IMG/VR virus record: IMGVR_UViG_3300043108_000047
Coordinates: 1-64,000 of that record
Length of the DNA stretch: 64,000 nucleotides
Source of the DNA: an uncultured virus (IMG/VR IMGVR_UViG_3300043108_000047)
Taxonomy: Duplodnaviria; Heunggongvirae; Uroviricota; Caudoviricetes
Reading direction: 5' to 3' (one strand)
Part shown: positions 39,688 through 52,975 of the stretch, in pieces
Numbering within the stretch: position 1 is the first letter of the stretch
Layout: the number at the start of each line of letters is the position of its first letter
Notes under the pieces: model-generated
The model's database searches: none
What the model saw: the letters and a program-made list of their open reading frames with translations, nothing else
What the model was told of the DNA's origin: nothing
Translations under genes and position numbers: made by a program

Positions 39688-40517
39688 AATTAATTAATCA
39701 AGACTATAAAATTATGGAAATTCCCAAGAGTGTAAAAGACTCTTGGGATATTATTGAGGCAGCTACAAGAACATGTTATCAATCTGAGCGTAGGGACAAT
39801 TCTGAAACATCTGAAGAGTGGTGCCGTAGAGTTCTTCTTAGAAATGAAAACCCAGAAGCTAATCATGGTGCAATGTTAGAACATGGAACTATATATTTAG
39901 AAGTACCTATTTTTATAGTTGAACATCCTACTTGGAATTCTTTAATAAATAATCCTTATACTAGAGTATTTATGGATTCTAAAAACTGTTATATAACCAC
40001 TAATTTAAGAGTATTATATGAAAATTGGTGGGAAGATGTATTGGATTATGCAGTATGCCCAAGTGAATTACATTGTAAAAGATACACAGTATGTATGAAT
40101 ACTTCTTTACAGGTATATAAAGAATTAACTAGACATAGAGCATTTAGTTTTGCTATAGAAAGTACTAGATACTGCAATTATAGTACTAATAAATTTAACA
40201 AATCTATTAAATATATAGAACCTTGTTGGGCAATAGAAGAAGAAATTCCTGAAATATATAAAGATTTTGAAACTCTTGAAGCTATTTATTTTAAATGGAT
40301 TGATAAAGGTTGGAAGCCTCAAGAAGCTGCCACTTTTATACCTCAAGGAATAAAAGCTCAAGTATGGATGACAGGATTTGAAGATGATTGGCAACATTTA
40401 TTTAAATTGAGAACTAAAATAGCTTTAACAGGAAAACCTCATCCTCAGATGCTAGAAATAATAACTCCAATCTACGAAGATTTTGTTAAATTAGGATATA
40501 TTGAAAGGTTAGAATAA
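39684..40517 (+). CDS. thyX: flavin-dependent thymidylate synthase
   Basis: RTCYQS, HGAMLEH, ELTRHRAFSFAIESTRY, WQHLFKLR. Confidence 0.92.
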   Translation: MKLINQDYKIMEIPKSVKDSWDIIEAATRTCYQSERRDNSETSEEWCRRVLLRNENPEANHGAMLEHGTIYLEVPIFIVEHPTWNSLINNPYTRVFMDSKNCYITTNLRVLYENWWEDVLDYAVCPSELHCKRYTVCMNTSLQVYKELTRHRAFSFAIESTRYCNYSTNKFNKSIKYIEPCWAIEEEIPEIYKDFETLEAIYFKWIDKGWKPQEAATFIPQGIKAQVWMTGFEDDWQHLFKLRTKIALTGKPHPQMLEIITPIYEDFVKLGYIERLE

Positions 40518-40553
40518 TGTAGTGTAATAATTGTCCTTTAAAGAAAATTGATT

Positions 40554-40853
40554 ATGAAAACTTTTAATGTTATTTTATACGACTTTAATGCTCGTAAATT
40601 TATTCCTTATGATGTTATTCCATATTTAGTAAAGTGTTATAAAGAAGCTCGAAAGAAGCCAAATACTCCTGAAGAATTTAGAAAATTTATTGAAGGTTGG
40701 TCGCAGTATAGATGGTGGTCACGTTGTGAATATGAAATAATTTTATCTGATTGGCCTAATTCTAAAGATGAGAAAAAAGTAGATGTACATTGGCAAGTTA
40801 TGCTAAATATTGATTTAATAACGAACCTAGTAATAGAATCAATAAATGAGTAA
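40554..40853 (+). CDS. hypothetical protein
   Basis: WWSRCEYEIILSDWP...KVDVHWQV. Confidence 0.72.
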   Translation: MKTFNVILYDFNARKFIPYDVIPYLVKCYKEARKKPNTPEEFRKFIEGWSQYRWWSRCEYEIILSDWPNSKDEKKVDVHWQVMLNIDLITNLVIESINE

Positions 40854-41391
40854 ATATATAGAATATTTAATATATAATCCTTTTAAGACTTGGTGGAAAG
40901 CTAGAAAGTATTTTAAGCGTCCTAAAATATCTTTTCATTTCTTCTGGAAACTTTCTCAAAATTGCCCAATAGCATATACTAAGAATGTTGGTAAAATATT
41001 AGATATATATATTGACGATGTTCTTTGGAAAGATAAATATAACAGTCCTAGGCATGAAAGAGATCCTTTTATATGGGTATGCTTCTTTAAACAATTCGGA
41101 TTCTCTATTAATTTTGATATATATTATAGAAATGAATTTGGAGAACGAGTAGTTGGAAATATGTATTATTGGGAATATATGCTGGATTATCTTTATTATC
41201 ATCACACTTTAACATGTTTTCCAGTATGGGAAGGTAATTCAAAACTATATAAATATATATTTGAATTTAAGAATACTGAAGGTGGCTCTAAGGATGTGCT
41301 ATCCCCATGTAAATATATTGTCCCAAGTGTTGCAATGTCTTTAAATAAAGAAGGCATCAAACAATTAAAAAAGGAATTAAAAAATGCTTAA
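40846..41391 (+). CDS. hypothetical protein (aromatic-rich)
   Basis: 181-aa ORF. Confidence 0.72.
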   Translation: MSKYIEYLIYNPFKTWWKARKYFKRPKISFHFFWKLSQNCPIAYTKNVGKILDIYIDDVLWKDKYNSPRHERDPFIWVCFFKQFGFSINFDIYYRNEFGERVVGNMYYWEYMLDYLYYHHTLTCFPVWEGNSKLYKYIFEFKNTEGGSKDVLSPCKYIVPSVAMSLNKEGIKQLKKELKNA

Positions 41392-41393
41392 AT

Positions 41394-41984
41394 TTGATGA
41401 AAAATATATTCTTTACATCAGATACACACTTCTATCATACAAACATTATTAAGTATTGTAATAGACCGTTTTCTTCTGTTGAGGAAATGAATCAAAAATT
41501 AATTGAAAATTGGAATAATACAGTATCTGAGCATGATACTATATTTCATTTAGGAGATTTTATGTTTAAAAAAAATTGGGAAGAAATACTTTCTCAATTA
41601 AATGGACATATTCATCTTATATTAGGAAATCATGATTGTACCACATTTAAAAATAAATATAGACAATATTTTGATTCTGTGCAGGAACAACTTACAATTA
41701 AAGTTGAGGATATCAAATTAATATTAACTCATTTTCCGTTACTCTGTTATCATGGATCAACTGAAAATGAAAGTAATATCTGGAATATTCATGGGCATGT
41801 CCATTTGTGTAAAAACAATAATGGAAATTATGAAAGAATAAAATTAACGTGTCCAACTCAATATGATGTAGGAGTAGATTTTAATAATTATACTCCTATT
41901 TCTTTTAATAATTTGAAACATATTATAAATACCCAGATAAAGAATAATATAAATCAAACATATTGGATTAATGAAAATTTGTGA
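41394..41984 (+). CDS. calcineurin-like phosphoesterase
   Basis: TSDTHF, HLGDF, GNHD, THFP, HGHVH. Confidence 0.88.
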   Translation: MMKNIFFTSDTHFYHTNIIKYCNRPFSSVEEMNQKLIENWNNTVSEHDTIFHLGDFMFKKNWEEILSQLNGHIHLILGNHDCTTFKNKYRQYFDSVQEQLTIKVEDIKLILTHFPLLCYHGSTENESNIWNIHGHVHLCKNNNGNYERIKLTCPTQYDVGVDFNNYTPISFNNLKHIINTQIKNNINQTYWINENL

Positions 41985-42183
41985 TACAAGATCTTGTACA
42001 ATATTATCACCAGATGAATCTTGTGAATTAGGAGTATTTTATGAAGATGGAAAGTTATATGCTGGATATATTTCTAATTCTGGAGCAAATAAAGAATGGT
42101 CTATTGATTATAATGAGGATTGTTCATTTGATGATAATTTAGAAATGTTGTATGATGAAATACTTAATAAAAGTGAGTTTTGA
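41971..42183 (+). CDS. hypothetical protein
   Basis: 70-aa ORF. Confidence 0.65.
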   Translation: MKICDTRSCTILSPDESCELGVFYEDGKLYAGYISNSGANKEWSIDYNEDCSFDDNLEMLYDEILNKSEF

Positions 42184-42385
42184 CGAAGGTAAACACTGGT
42201 ATCAATTACAGTGGGAAAATATGGATTTTACCCAGTTTGATAGAATTAAAGGATTAAAAGACGTAACGACAATAGATGGATTACAGAATTTAGTTAAAAA
42301 GAATTATCCTAATGTAAATCTTACTTGGACTCTTTTAGATAAAGTAAATACTATACGAAAAAAGAAAACACGAAATGGAAAATAA
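42152..42385 (+). CDS. hypothetical protein
   Basis: 77-aa ORF. Confidence 0.62.
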   Translation: MMKYLIKVSFDEGKHWYQLQWENMDFTQFDRIKGLKDVTTIDGLQNLVKKNYPNVNLTWTLLDKVNTIRKKKTRNGK

Positions 42386-42686
42386 TAATTTTATAAAACA
42401 ATCGTCTCCAGTTGCTGAATTTGAAGCTATAACTAAAGAAATGCTAGAAGTATTTAAAAGAAAAAATCACGATTATGGAAATTCTTTTGAAATTTCACTA
42501 GATAAGTTTGGAATTATTGCGGCAGTAGTAAGACTTGGAGATAAAATGAATCGTATAGAATCTTTAAGTACTAAAAAACAACAAGTAAATGATGAATCTA
42601 TAAAAGATACATTACAAGATATGGCAAATTATGCTATAATGACTATAATGTGGTTAAATAATTCTGTAAAGAAAAAAGATCTATAA
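42375..42686 (+). CDS. DUF1599 / nucleotide-modification-associated domain 1 protein
   Basis: KNHDYGNSF...RLGDKMNR...ESIKDTLQDMANYAIM. Confidence 0.8.
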   Translation: MENNNFIKQSSPVAEFEAITKEMLEVFKRKNHDYGNSFEISLDKFGIIAAVVRLGDKMNRIESLSTKKQQVNDESIKDTLQDMANYAIMTIMWLNNSVKKKDL

Positions 42687-42688
42687 TA

Positions 42689-42773
42689 TAAAAGGGGTTA
42701 GTTTGGCGATTGCCAGGCTAACCCCCTTATTTTTTAAGCCGATGACTTTATCTAAGTTGTCGGCTTATTTTTT
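42689..42773. terminator. tandem (bidirectional) terminators between convergent blocks
   Basis: GGGGTTAGTTTGGC-gatt-GCCAGGCTAACCCC flanked by A and T tracts; second hairpin TAAGCCGATGACTT...AAGTTGTCGGCTTA. Confidence 0.85.
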
Positions 42774-45700
42774 CTTTTCTGCTTTATAAGTATCTTGAAA
42801 TGATTTTAACACGGCTATATTCTAAACCGCCATATCGGTCGCAGCTTTTTCACCTAACGAAACTTTCAATAAATCAGTCATTAGTTTTATATTCTAAGAA
42901 TATATAGGAGGATTTGTATTTTCTCCCAAATATTCAAATACATTATAAATACCTCTAAATCCATCATAAGATCTAGAAGATCCTCCGTATAAAATTTCAA
43001 CAGCGGCATTTACTAAAGCATTATTTTTTGGCATCTGTTCTTTCTTAAAATTACTATATGCTGGATTCAATACCTAACTGTATAGAGTTCCAAAGAATAA
43101 CCAAGCTAATCCATCTGTAAGTAATTTCATTAAATTTTTTCTTTGCATAGGATCTAACCAAATATCTTCTTTAAAAGTTCCCTATGGAACAGCTTTAAAA
43201 ACATCATATAAAGTATACATTATACCCTAAACTATTGTTGGGACTTTCTTTAATACTGGCTAAATATGAGTTATATTTTCTGTAGCTTCTATTTCTGTTC
43301 CGTCATAATAATATTTAGTACTTCCATTATCCTGTACTGCATATATTAATCTGCCAGAGTTATCAAAAAATAAAGGACGCCCAGAATCATCTAAATCCTA
43401 TTCTAGTTTAAATTCGGTATTAGAATATTGTCCTGGTTTTAACATATAATTAGCATAGATGCCGTTCATCCAGGTAGAGAACATTCCAAAGAAAGTTCCC
43501 AAAGCCATGTGTTCATATGCCGCTCTAGTACTTTTATCATAAGAACCATATATAGTATCAGCTGCATGTCTAATTACATTAACTTCTTGAAAATTATAAG
43601 GCATTGGAAGGTCGTCGCTCATTTGAAGAGCCTATTCAGGATGATCTTGATTATATGCTCGTATGGCATTAAAATATGCTCCCATCTATTCATAATATTT
43701 TGGATTACTTTTATTACCTGATGCAAATATTTTAAAACGCTCATCTTTTTTCCAATCATAAACTAATTTCCCATCTTTAATATCAAAAGCATCATAAACT
43801 CCATCTTCGTAGCATTTAGCAACAAATAAAGTCATTCTATTAAGAAAATCAGGGGCGCGTAATGTTGAATACATCCAGTTCTAATAATTAGTTATTCCTC
43901 TTTCAGACTTTAATCCTTCTGAAATTCTAGATATATCCATATTTGAAAGTCTATATATCTAGCATAATTGATTTACTATGTTAATAGATCGACTATCAGA
44001 AAAAGAATTTTTTATTACTGTGCCGTAAGCCTTTGTTAAAGATTTTGGAGATATATTAGTTTGATAATGATTTAAAGATCTCATAGTATTTTGCCAAGCG
44101 CCTTCAAAAGTGTCTCGCACTGCTCCTTTTATATTTCCAGCAATTAAAGTATTAGATACTAGTCTTCTAAGAGGTGTAGTTAATCCAACTATTCTTTGAG
44201 ATGCTTCATCCATAATAGAAGTTCTGAAAACATTTACTTTTACGAAGTCATCAATCATTGAAATAGTCTACTTAACTACCTTTTCCATATTTGGATTTTC
44301 TCCTAAAATGTCTAACTAAAATAAAACTCCTTTAATAACGATTAAAGCTTTATTTAATTCTCTAGTTTCAATATCGCGTTCTATAAAATCTGCTAATAAA
44401 CTTTCTAGATTAGTTTCAAAATATCCTTCTCCATATTCAGAAATATATCCTTCACGAGTTAATCCTTCCATATAGTTATTTCTTTTAACTCGTTCCCCTA
44501 TTAAAAATTTATTCTATAATTTCATAGCTTTAATGCTAACATCTCGTAATTCCTATTCTTCTTTATTATCTATATCATTAATATATTCTTCTACTCCTTT
44601 TTTTGGATTTTTTAATAATTCCATGGCTAAATTTTTAGCGTAGGATAATTTTTCTTTTATAGAATATTTCTACAGGCGAGTAGATTTAGAAGCTCTTTCT
44701 AGAGGAATATTAAAATAAGTATCAGAATGATTTTTAATAAAAGCTTGTAAATTTGGATCTTCCACACTTGTAAAATTAAAAGATATTCCCATCATTGGAT
44801 ACCTTACTTTTGCAAATTCAAATAAAATTCTTTTTAAGAATTCCTATTTAACACTTTTATGGCTGGTTATCTAAGCCATATCATTAACATCGTAAGGATT
44901 TAACAATCTTAATAAATTATGCCCTTGATTATCTTTTCTATATAAATCTTCAAACTACGAAGCCTAATTACCAATAGTAGCATTCTATAATTTAGTGTAT
45001 CCAATATCATCGTAATATTTATATAATAATTTACGAATTGGCACCCATTTATTTTCAGCCTACTCGGCTATAGAGTTAATAGTTTTAGTATATAAATCAA
45101 CAATTATACGAAAATTTCTATTTGGAACACTACCACTTACAAAACCATATCTATCCATACCACTAAGTACTTTTTCTGTAGGACTAATTTCTCCAACAGT
45201 ATAGTAGGTAATAGCATTAACAACCTACTAGTATAAAAGAGCTATTTTTTTAAAGGAAGGATCTTTTAAAAGAACCTAAAAATCAGTAGTGTCAAGTTGC
45301 GGAAATCCGTCTTTTAAAGCTTTTTCAACTTCTCTTAATGCTGTTATTTTAGCCTCGACTGTTTCAGCAGATGCTAATGCCCCAAATCCTGTTTCAATTA
45401 ATTGCTACTTTTCGGATTCTGAAGCCTTGTTATCTTGTATAATCGATTCATATTCCTACAGCAAAGTCTAAAATCTGCTTATATAATAATATTGTCCAAA
45501 GTTATTTTTAATAGTAGTATTTGGTAATTTAGTATTTACATATTGAATAATAGGGGTAAAGCACTCTTTTGATAGTGTTTCTATGCTAAATGGAATTCCC
45601 TGACCTCCATTCCTAAGTGATAGTACTTGTAATTTACCCAATATTAAATCACCTTTTATTTTCGGCAGAACTTGGTTTAAAAGAACCATTGTTCTAACCG

Positions 45701-47375
45701 CTTCAATATTACCGTAGTTTGCACGATAATTAAATAAACTTCCAGATTTATTATCGGGTAAATAATATCCCAATACAGTATTGCCTCTTTTACCTATATT
45801 TATTTCAGTTCCTAAATTAAAGGTACTTAAAGTAATTACATCTAATTGATGGGTTATTTTATTTTTAATAAGAATAATTCCAGCGCTATTAAGAGTATCG
45901 TTTTCTAATAATTCCCAATCAGAACCCTCTTCCTTAGATTTCTGAACAAAATATTTACTTAATATTTTATGTAAATAAGCTCCATTTGTAGCATACGCAG
46001 AATCAGTTAAAAATGAAGTAATGCCAGTATTAATACCAGCTTTAATATCTTTTAAAAGACGGTGTAATACAACATCATTATTAGTATCAAATAACTCTTT
46101 TCCATTTCTAATTACATGCTCTAAAATTTCGGTATTTTTTTCTGGTTTTGCATTAGATTTTATGGGAATAATTTTATCCTGCCCTAATTCTAACTAATAA
46201 GCATATTCAGGATTATTACTATCTAAAATATGAGATTTATTCTTTTTAACCCATTCTAATGCAGTTAATCTAACTCCATCGGCTTGAATATCTCTAGCTG
46301 GAAATATAAGTTTCAGTTGCTCATTTACTATATCAACATCTTCATCGTTTATAGAATCTAATACTACAGAAGATTTTATAAAATTACGGGCAACTTTATC
46401 ATATTTGCCAAATACATATTTTCCATTAAATACAGTCAATTCAATAGGAGTGTCTCGCATTATTGCAGATTTTACTACAGATAAATCATCATTATATTTT
46501 ATTTTAACAGGAACAATATTTAAAGTAGCGTGACGTACACTAATACCCTAACTTGCCAACATTTGTTTCAGTAAAGCCATTTGATATTTATACTTTTCCA
46601 GCTTTACAGATTGTGGCTATATAGTACTAGTGGTTGTTTTAAAATTAAATAAATGTACATCTCCAGAAGCATCTACTACAACCATATCTATATGTCCAAA
46701 TAAATCTTTGTCTATATTTTCTATTTTATTTTTTATATTTAAATTATATATTATTCTGGAATGCTGTCCCCCATTCTTTCTGAGTATTCCACCAAGAGTT
46801 TTTTCTTTAAAAGTAATATAACTATCCCAAAGCTCTCCTGCTACGGCTTCAAATTTAGTTCCTTTAGCATCACTCTCAAAATCTTGCCGATCGTAATCTT
46901 TAGAACTCATTTTAGATAGTAGAATATGTAAATCTGTACCGTCATCTGCAATTATTTGCCATTTATCTACTTCTTTTTGAGCAATTTCTTTAGCTTCTTC
47001 TTCACTTAATCCTTCTGATACTAATGCTGTTGCGGTCTCAGAAATATAATCAGAATCATGTAATTTATAAATTAGAGGTTTTCCATTTAGAGTAAATTGA
47101 TTGGAATCAATAAATTCCTGACCACTTATAGAATCATTGTCTGAAATTATAGGTTCTCCATCAAAGAATGATGTATTGCTTTTTGAAAATCCTTCTTTCC
47201 TAAGTTCTACTAATTTAGACACAATATCTTCCTAAGTTATTAATGCTGCATCTCTGCTAAGTACTAAATCATTGGCAGTTTTTGCATTTCTCTTTTTTCT
47301 GTATTCTTCAATAAGATCTAAGTAACTATGTTTTTTGTTATTTGGATCAGCTTTAAAAGTATATGTACATCCCAT
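42765..47375 (-). CDS. large virion cargo/ejection protein (~1536 aa, TAG=Gln) with PD-(D/E)XK-like domain and C-terminal hydrophobic segments
   Basis: Track fragments 43398, 43686, 43959, 45468, 46194 and 46617 share one frame and end at TAG; starts MGCTY, ends KAEKKK*; GHIDMVV...FNFKT. Frame spot-checked, not exhaustively. Confidence 0.8.
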
Positions 47376-47376
47376 A

Positions 47377-49743
47377 TTAACATTTTTCAATTATATTCTT
47401 TTCCTTTATCTCTTTAGCTATCCAATTAGATGCCTCTCTGAATACTTTTCCTGTTTCAAAATCTAAACCTGTGGCAGATTTTCCAATATCTTTATTAAAT
47501 TGTAAAAAAACATTATTTAATTTTCCTTTATATATAGAATCTATATCATCCTCTTTTGCCAATGTAAAAATTCTTGGAAGAAGTTTATCAACTTCTTCTT
47601 TAGTTTCTTCTAAAGCTTCGTCACTAGTTTCCTATCTATTAGTATCAAATATTTCAGAGGAGTTTTTACCAGATATAAATTCAGAAAATAGTTTTACAAA
47701 AGCTTCTTCTGCTACGTCAATATCTGCTAAATTTGGATAAACTTTAGCTTTTAAAAACTATTTTAAATTACGACCTTTTTCTGTTGCAATTACTTTTCCA
47801 AGTAATTTTTCATATGCTTGATAATTGGAAGCCTTTAAAGCACCTAGAATTAAATGTGTGTATTCATGAATTGCGTCTGCAGAAGTAGCAACACTTCCAT
47901 TTATATATATTTTACCCTTCCGAATAAAAGCTTTAGTACCAGCAGGTACTTCTGGGAACTAAGTAGTTACTTCATCCTATGTGAGCACTTTGGCGTTTAC
48001 ATTAAATCTTTCCGTTAAATGTTCTACGACTTCATCAATTAATCCTATGATCGGCTAAGGTCTTTTATATTTACTGTTTACAGTAATTTTATCGTCAGAT
48101 AAAGGAATTACATTTAAAATATAACTAGATTGTTTATAACTATTTTCTGCCTATTCAACTTTATGGGAATTCTAAACATAATATCTTAAATAATTATTAT
48201 TGTCTATAGCGTTTTTAATAGTTATTAAAATACTATTAAATTTATCAGCATTTTCTTTTGTTAATTTTCTATCTTCTATAGAATCTCCAGTTTCTTGATT
48301 TATTAAATAGGTAAATATTCCAGCAGATTCTATACTATTAACAATATTCTTTAAACTCAAAAACTAAGACTCTGTTAATTGTTCTTTAAAGTGTTCATAA
48401 AAGTCTTCTAAGGTCTAATCAGATCTTAGCATTGTATATTCATCGTAGTTTAAATGTGTATTTTTATCTAAATCAATATTTAGTAATTGAATACCACTTC
48501 CACTTATATGAAAAATATTATTATTTACTTCTAAAGTTCTATTATAACTTCCTGGAAACCGTAATCCTATATCAAATAGTTTCTTAAAGGATCCTCTTTT
48601 AGAATCCGTATATAAAATATCTATAGCTTTTTTTGCTTGAGCCATATTAGTAAACTCATTAGGCTAATCTGTTGGAGCAAGTAATCCTCTACTATAAATA
48701 TAAGATGTTTTATCATCTTTAATATATTTATAAATAGTAAATCCTCTATAATTTTCTACTTTCGTAGTATATTCGTTAATAGAATCATAAGTAAGATTTA
48801 ATTTACTATCTAATGTTTGAAAAGCTATTTTTAAAACTATAGCATCCTCATTTATACTCTATACTTTACAAGATAATTCGGTTAAATTTTTTTGTATTTC
48901 TGTAAATAAATCCTTTACGAATTGTTCATCCTTTTTCCAACCTTTTTTTAATTTAATATTGGGAAAAAACTATTTAAGTATAAGTTCAAGCTAATCATAA
49001 GTAAGAATACTACTATTAGAATCTTTTACTTTATCAGTTCTAGCGTTTAATTCCATATCTAAAGGTTGGCTATATCCTATATATGAGTTACTAGTTAAAG
49101 TCCTAATAGTTTCAGTAAGTAATCCATAAGTTCCGCGTCCAACGGGGGAAGTTCTATATGGAGCATTATTAGTTAAAAAATCTATTAACAAGTCCTGAGA
49201 ACTTTTAAATTTCTTTTTTAAAGCTTTTTCTACTATTGGTTTTATTGCCGAAATTCTATCATCTTCTTTGTAACTGGTTAATACACTATTTTTTGCTCTT
49301 AAATGCGCATATAATTTTTTAATACTTCCTGGACTATTCTATACTACGTACACTAAACCCCCTGTACTACTTTTCTTATATATAACATCTCTAATATTAA
49401 TACCATTAAAATCAAAAACGTCTATAAGAAGTATATCAGGATCTTCAGATATATTAGGAAACCCATCAGGATTTGCATATTGTAATGTATGAAATTTACA
49501 ATTACCTACTATACCATCTTTTAAATCCTTTAATTCTACAGCTCGTTTATCATACTTTTTTAAATTTTCAATAATATCTATTAAGTTTTCTTTTATTTCT
49601 GTATTTGAATTTAAAACCTTAGCTATATTTGTTAAATTTACTGTTTTCGGAATAAGGTTACTGTTTTCTATAACAATCTTAGGGAGAGCTTCATCGCCCT
49701 CCCTAAGAATACCATTTATATTGAATACTATATCACATCCCAT
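47377..49743 (-). CDS. virion cargo protein (~788 aa, TAG=Gln) with zincin-like metallopeptidase domain
   Basis: Fragments 47377, 48172, 48415, 48991 and 49339 share one frame; KAFIRKGKIYIN...AIHEYTHL at ~47850. Confidence 0.8.
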
Positions 49744-49744
49744 C

Positions 49745-52700
49745 TTAACAATTTTCTGTATTAATAATTATTAAACCTCTCTTTATTAAATTATTTAAAA
49801 TTCCTACAATCTATGCCACATCATTAGATCTTAAACCTGCAATTGCATTAATTTTTAAATTTGCAAAAGGAGTTTTTATGCAACCATAATCATTATAATT
49901 CTAAATTCTATTATACTTTATGGCATCATTTTCTTTCTAATCTGCATAATAATCAACATCTGGAACTAAATCTTTAGGACTTCTATATTGTCCTTTATAT
50001 TTACGTTTATACATAATTCTGCCATTTATGTATTCTCTGACTATATCCTCATTATGACTACCTTCCTAAGTTTCAGAAATTACAGGAGCAATTTTATAAC
50101 GCGCATCATCCATATTAAATCCCCATTCTTCTAACTCAGCTATAGATTCTGGCATTTTAGCATCCACAAAATCTAAATCTCCTACATATTTCATAAATGA
50201 TTTAATAATAGAATCATTTTTTATTATGCCTAAGAAGTTTCCAAATAAAGTAGTCAATCTATCAGAACCAAATTTATTTTTATTAACTACTAAATTATAT
50301 AACATAAACCAATCCGATAAAGGTCTCCCGCCTAATTCATAATTTTGTAATTTAATAAAATCACTTAAACATTCTTGATATTTACCTTCATTTTCAGCTG
50401 TAGAAACAACATTCTACATATCGAGATTTAATCTTAAAAATCTTTGATTCTCATTATTTAAGTCAAATACTAAATTCCTTATAAATTTATTGTCCATAGG
50501 AAATTCTTTCTTCACTACCTTACCATCTACAACGTCGGAATAATAACCTTGTTTTAATTCTGAAAATAACTTTTCTTCTATTAATCTTTTAAAAGACCCT
50601 CTACTATATTCAGAATCTACTACTATATGATCAAATTCACTTGTAACTGTTTGATCATCCCAGTTAAAGTCTATTATTTTATCATCCTTAAATATAGGAT
50701 ATTTAAATTGCTGCTCATTTAAGAACTTTAATATTAAAACATCATCAACATAATCAATTAATTTTTTTATTTTAAGATCGTCAATAACATCATAGTCATC
50801 AAATAATTTTGCAGTTAAATTTTCAACAAGGGCAGTCTTTTTTATACAAGTCTATTCAAAAGTGTAGACAGCTTTAAGAATATCAAATATAGATTTAAAA
50901 TGAGGTAATTTATCAATTATGTCAAATACATTCCAAGTTCCTTTTATTAAATTATAATAATCGGAAGTAGCTTTACGATATCCGTTTTGATTATTTAACC
51001 ATTTCTAAAAACTAAAAGTATTTACAATTCCTAAATCTTTAGCAGTAGTCAAAATTGTTCTAATTTCTTCTTCTGAATATTTAGAATTTCTATCTTTTAA
51101 TGTTTGTACTAAATTATTAAAATAATCTTCATTTTCAAACTATTTAGCACTTATTGCAAACATCATTTCTTTATTATGTACTATTTTATTAATTCTAATA
51201 TTTAAAGCTATTAATTCTTCAATAGAAGTTGGAATACCCTAATTAAATCCTAATAAAGTAGATCCCAATTCACTTGTTTCAGTAGCTAAATTATAAACAT
51301 GCTCAAACTCTTCTAAGTCTGCAATATAATCAGATTCAGTTAATCCAGAATCCTTAACCTTATCAACTAAATTTTCAATAAAATCAGATAATGCCATTAT
51401 TCCATTATTTAATTTAGACTTAGTTGCTTGCTGCGAAGTATCTAAGAAATCAAATAATTCCTAGTCTATTTCTCCAGATATTTTAGCAAAGAAGAAATCT
51501 TTTAATAATTCATCAAAGTTATATTCTTTTGGAACTAATTTAGATTCTGAAATTTCAGTTTCTGCACCCTCTTCATTTTTCATTTTCTTGGTAATAGTCT
51601 AAGTTTCCATTCCATACCCAGCATCATGTAATGCTTTAGAAACTTTAGCATTAAGAGCTGCAAAAGCTTGATTATATAAGGCTTGTGATACATAATTTCC
51701 ATATTCTTCATCAAGAACTTTAGAAGTACCACTTAAAAACTATTTATATGGAATGTGCCCTCGCATCCATCTTATAACCTTATTCATATTTGTTTTGTAC
51801 AAATATTCATCAAACATATTTACGTTATTAAGATCATTTGCTATAGATACAACAGGACTAGTCATGAAACTAACTATATCATTAATACTGAACCCCATCA
51901 TAATAAGATGTAAATAACATTTGGCTAAATTAGTTCCAGCATTAATCTTCGCAAGAATAAGCTCCTTAGCATTATCTGTTGCCGCAGATAATAATTGACT
52001 AATTAAATCGTCTGCATAAATACCATTTTCCTAAATATTTCTAACAGCCTCAATTAATTCCTTATTATAAGCTTGCCATGTTTCAGTTTTATTTTCAATA
52101 TCTGCATCTGTGATATTATATTTGGCTCTTAACTCAGCATCAATATCAGAAGCTGCATTAAAATATAATCTTAATTGTTCGTTATTTTCGAAATTTATAT
52201 TTGCGATAGTATTCTTAGTGAGGGACTACATATTACCAGTAGATCTTCCTTGTATTCTATTAAAAGTCTAATTAAAATACATATTTCTAAGTCTTATCGG
52301 ATCTCCAGTTATTAATCCTTCATTCCAATAGTGGCTAGTATTAAAGAATACTTTTTCTCCAACGGCTGTAATACCAATAACTCCTTTACCTACCATATTT
52401 TGTTCTTGCATTAAGAATTTAGTAAGAGGATTCATTAAAGTCATTCTTTCAGATTTACTACCTTTAGGACTTTGTTCTGATGCCTTACGTATAGAAGACA
52501 TTGCAATTGGAGAATATGCCTAGTCCATATTTCTTAAATTCTAAATAATATTAGAAATTGAAGAAGAAACAGAATTTTTTAAGCATCTCTAAATCATATT
52601 AGGAGTTATTTCTGTATCCTGATGGCTTTGTAAATCATTAACTATATCTTGAGCTATATTATCGTCTACAGTCCATGTTATATATTGATATTGTTTACCC

Positions 52701-52975
52701 TTAGAATAAGTAATAGGTTTATCTTGTAAAACTCTAAGCAAATCAGCTTCTGCTCTAATCTTTTCTACTTTAGTTGTTTTAGAAGCAATTTTACTAATAT
52801 AATCTGAAATATCAAAGCCAGTATCGCTTTTTACATATTTAACACCTTCTGGTATAGGTAAATATTCAGAAGCTCTAAGAGTATCTATAGAGGAATAATC
52901 AAATAAATTACTCCATCCTAAATATTTTCCATTATCATCAAATTCATATCCCATTATATATGCTTTATCAATATC
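49745..52975 (-). CDS. virion RNA polymerase, exon 2 (TAG=Gln)
   Basis: Starts DIDKAYIMG; VIGITAVGEK, SAATDNAKEL; ends INTENC*. Confidence 0.85.

Noticed and set aside
40517..40567. 16-codon TAG-containing mini-ORF M(Q)CNNCPLKKIDYENF coupled to thyX
   Set aside because: Too short to support; may be a gene remnant or chance.
2457..41205. Short - strand ORFs opposite + strand genes (e.g. 4250..4600, 23675..23992, 31082..31297)
   Set aside because: Antisense shadows of well-supported genes with no motifs; 2457..2672 overlaps an exon and intron core.
47243..47288. Possible third 5'-coding hairpin in the 1536-aa gene
   Set aside because: Imperfect, at a different offset, and its wobble pair favours the non-coding strand.
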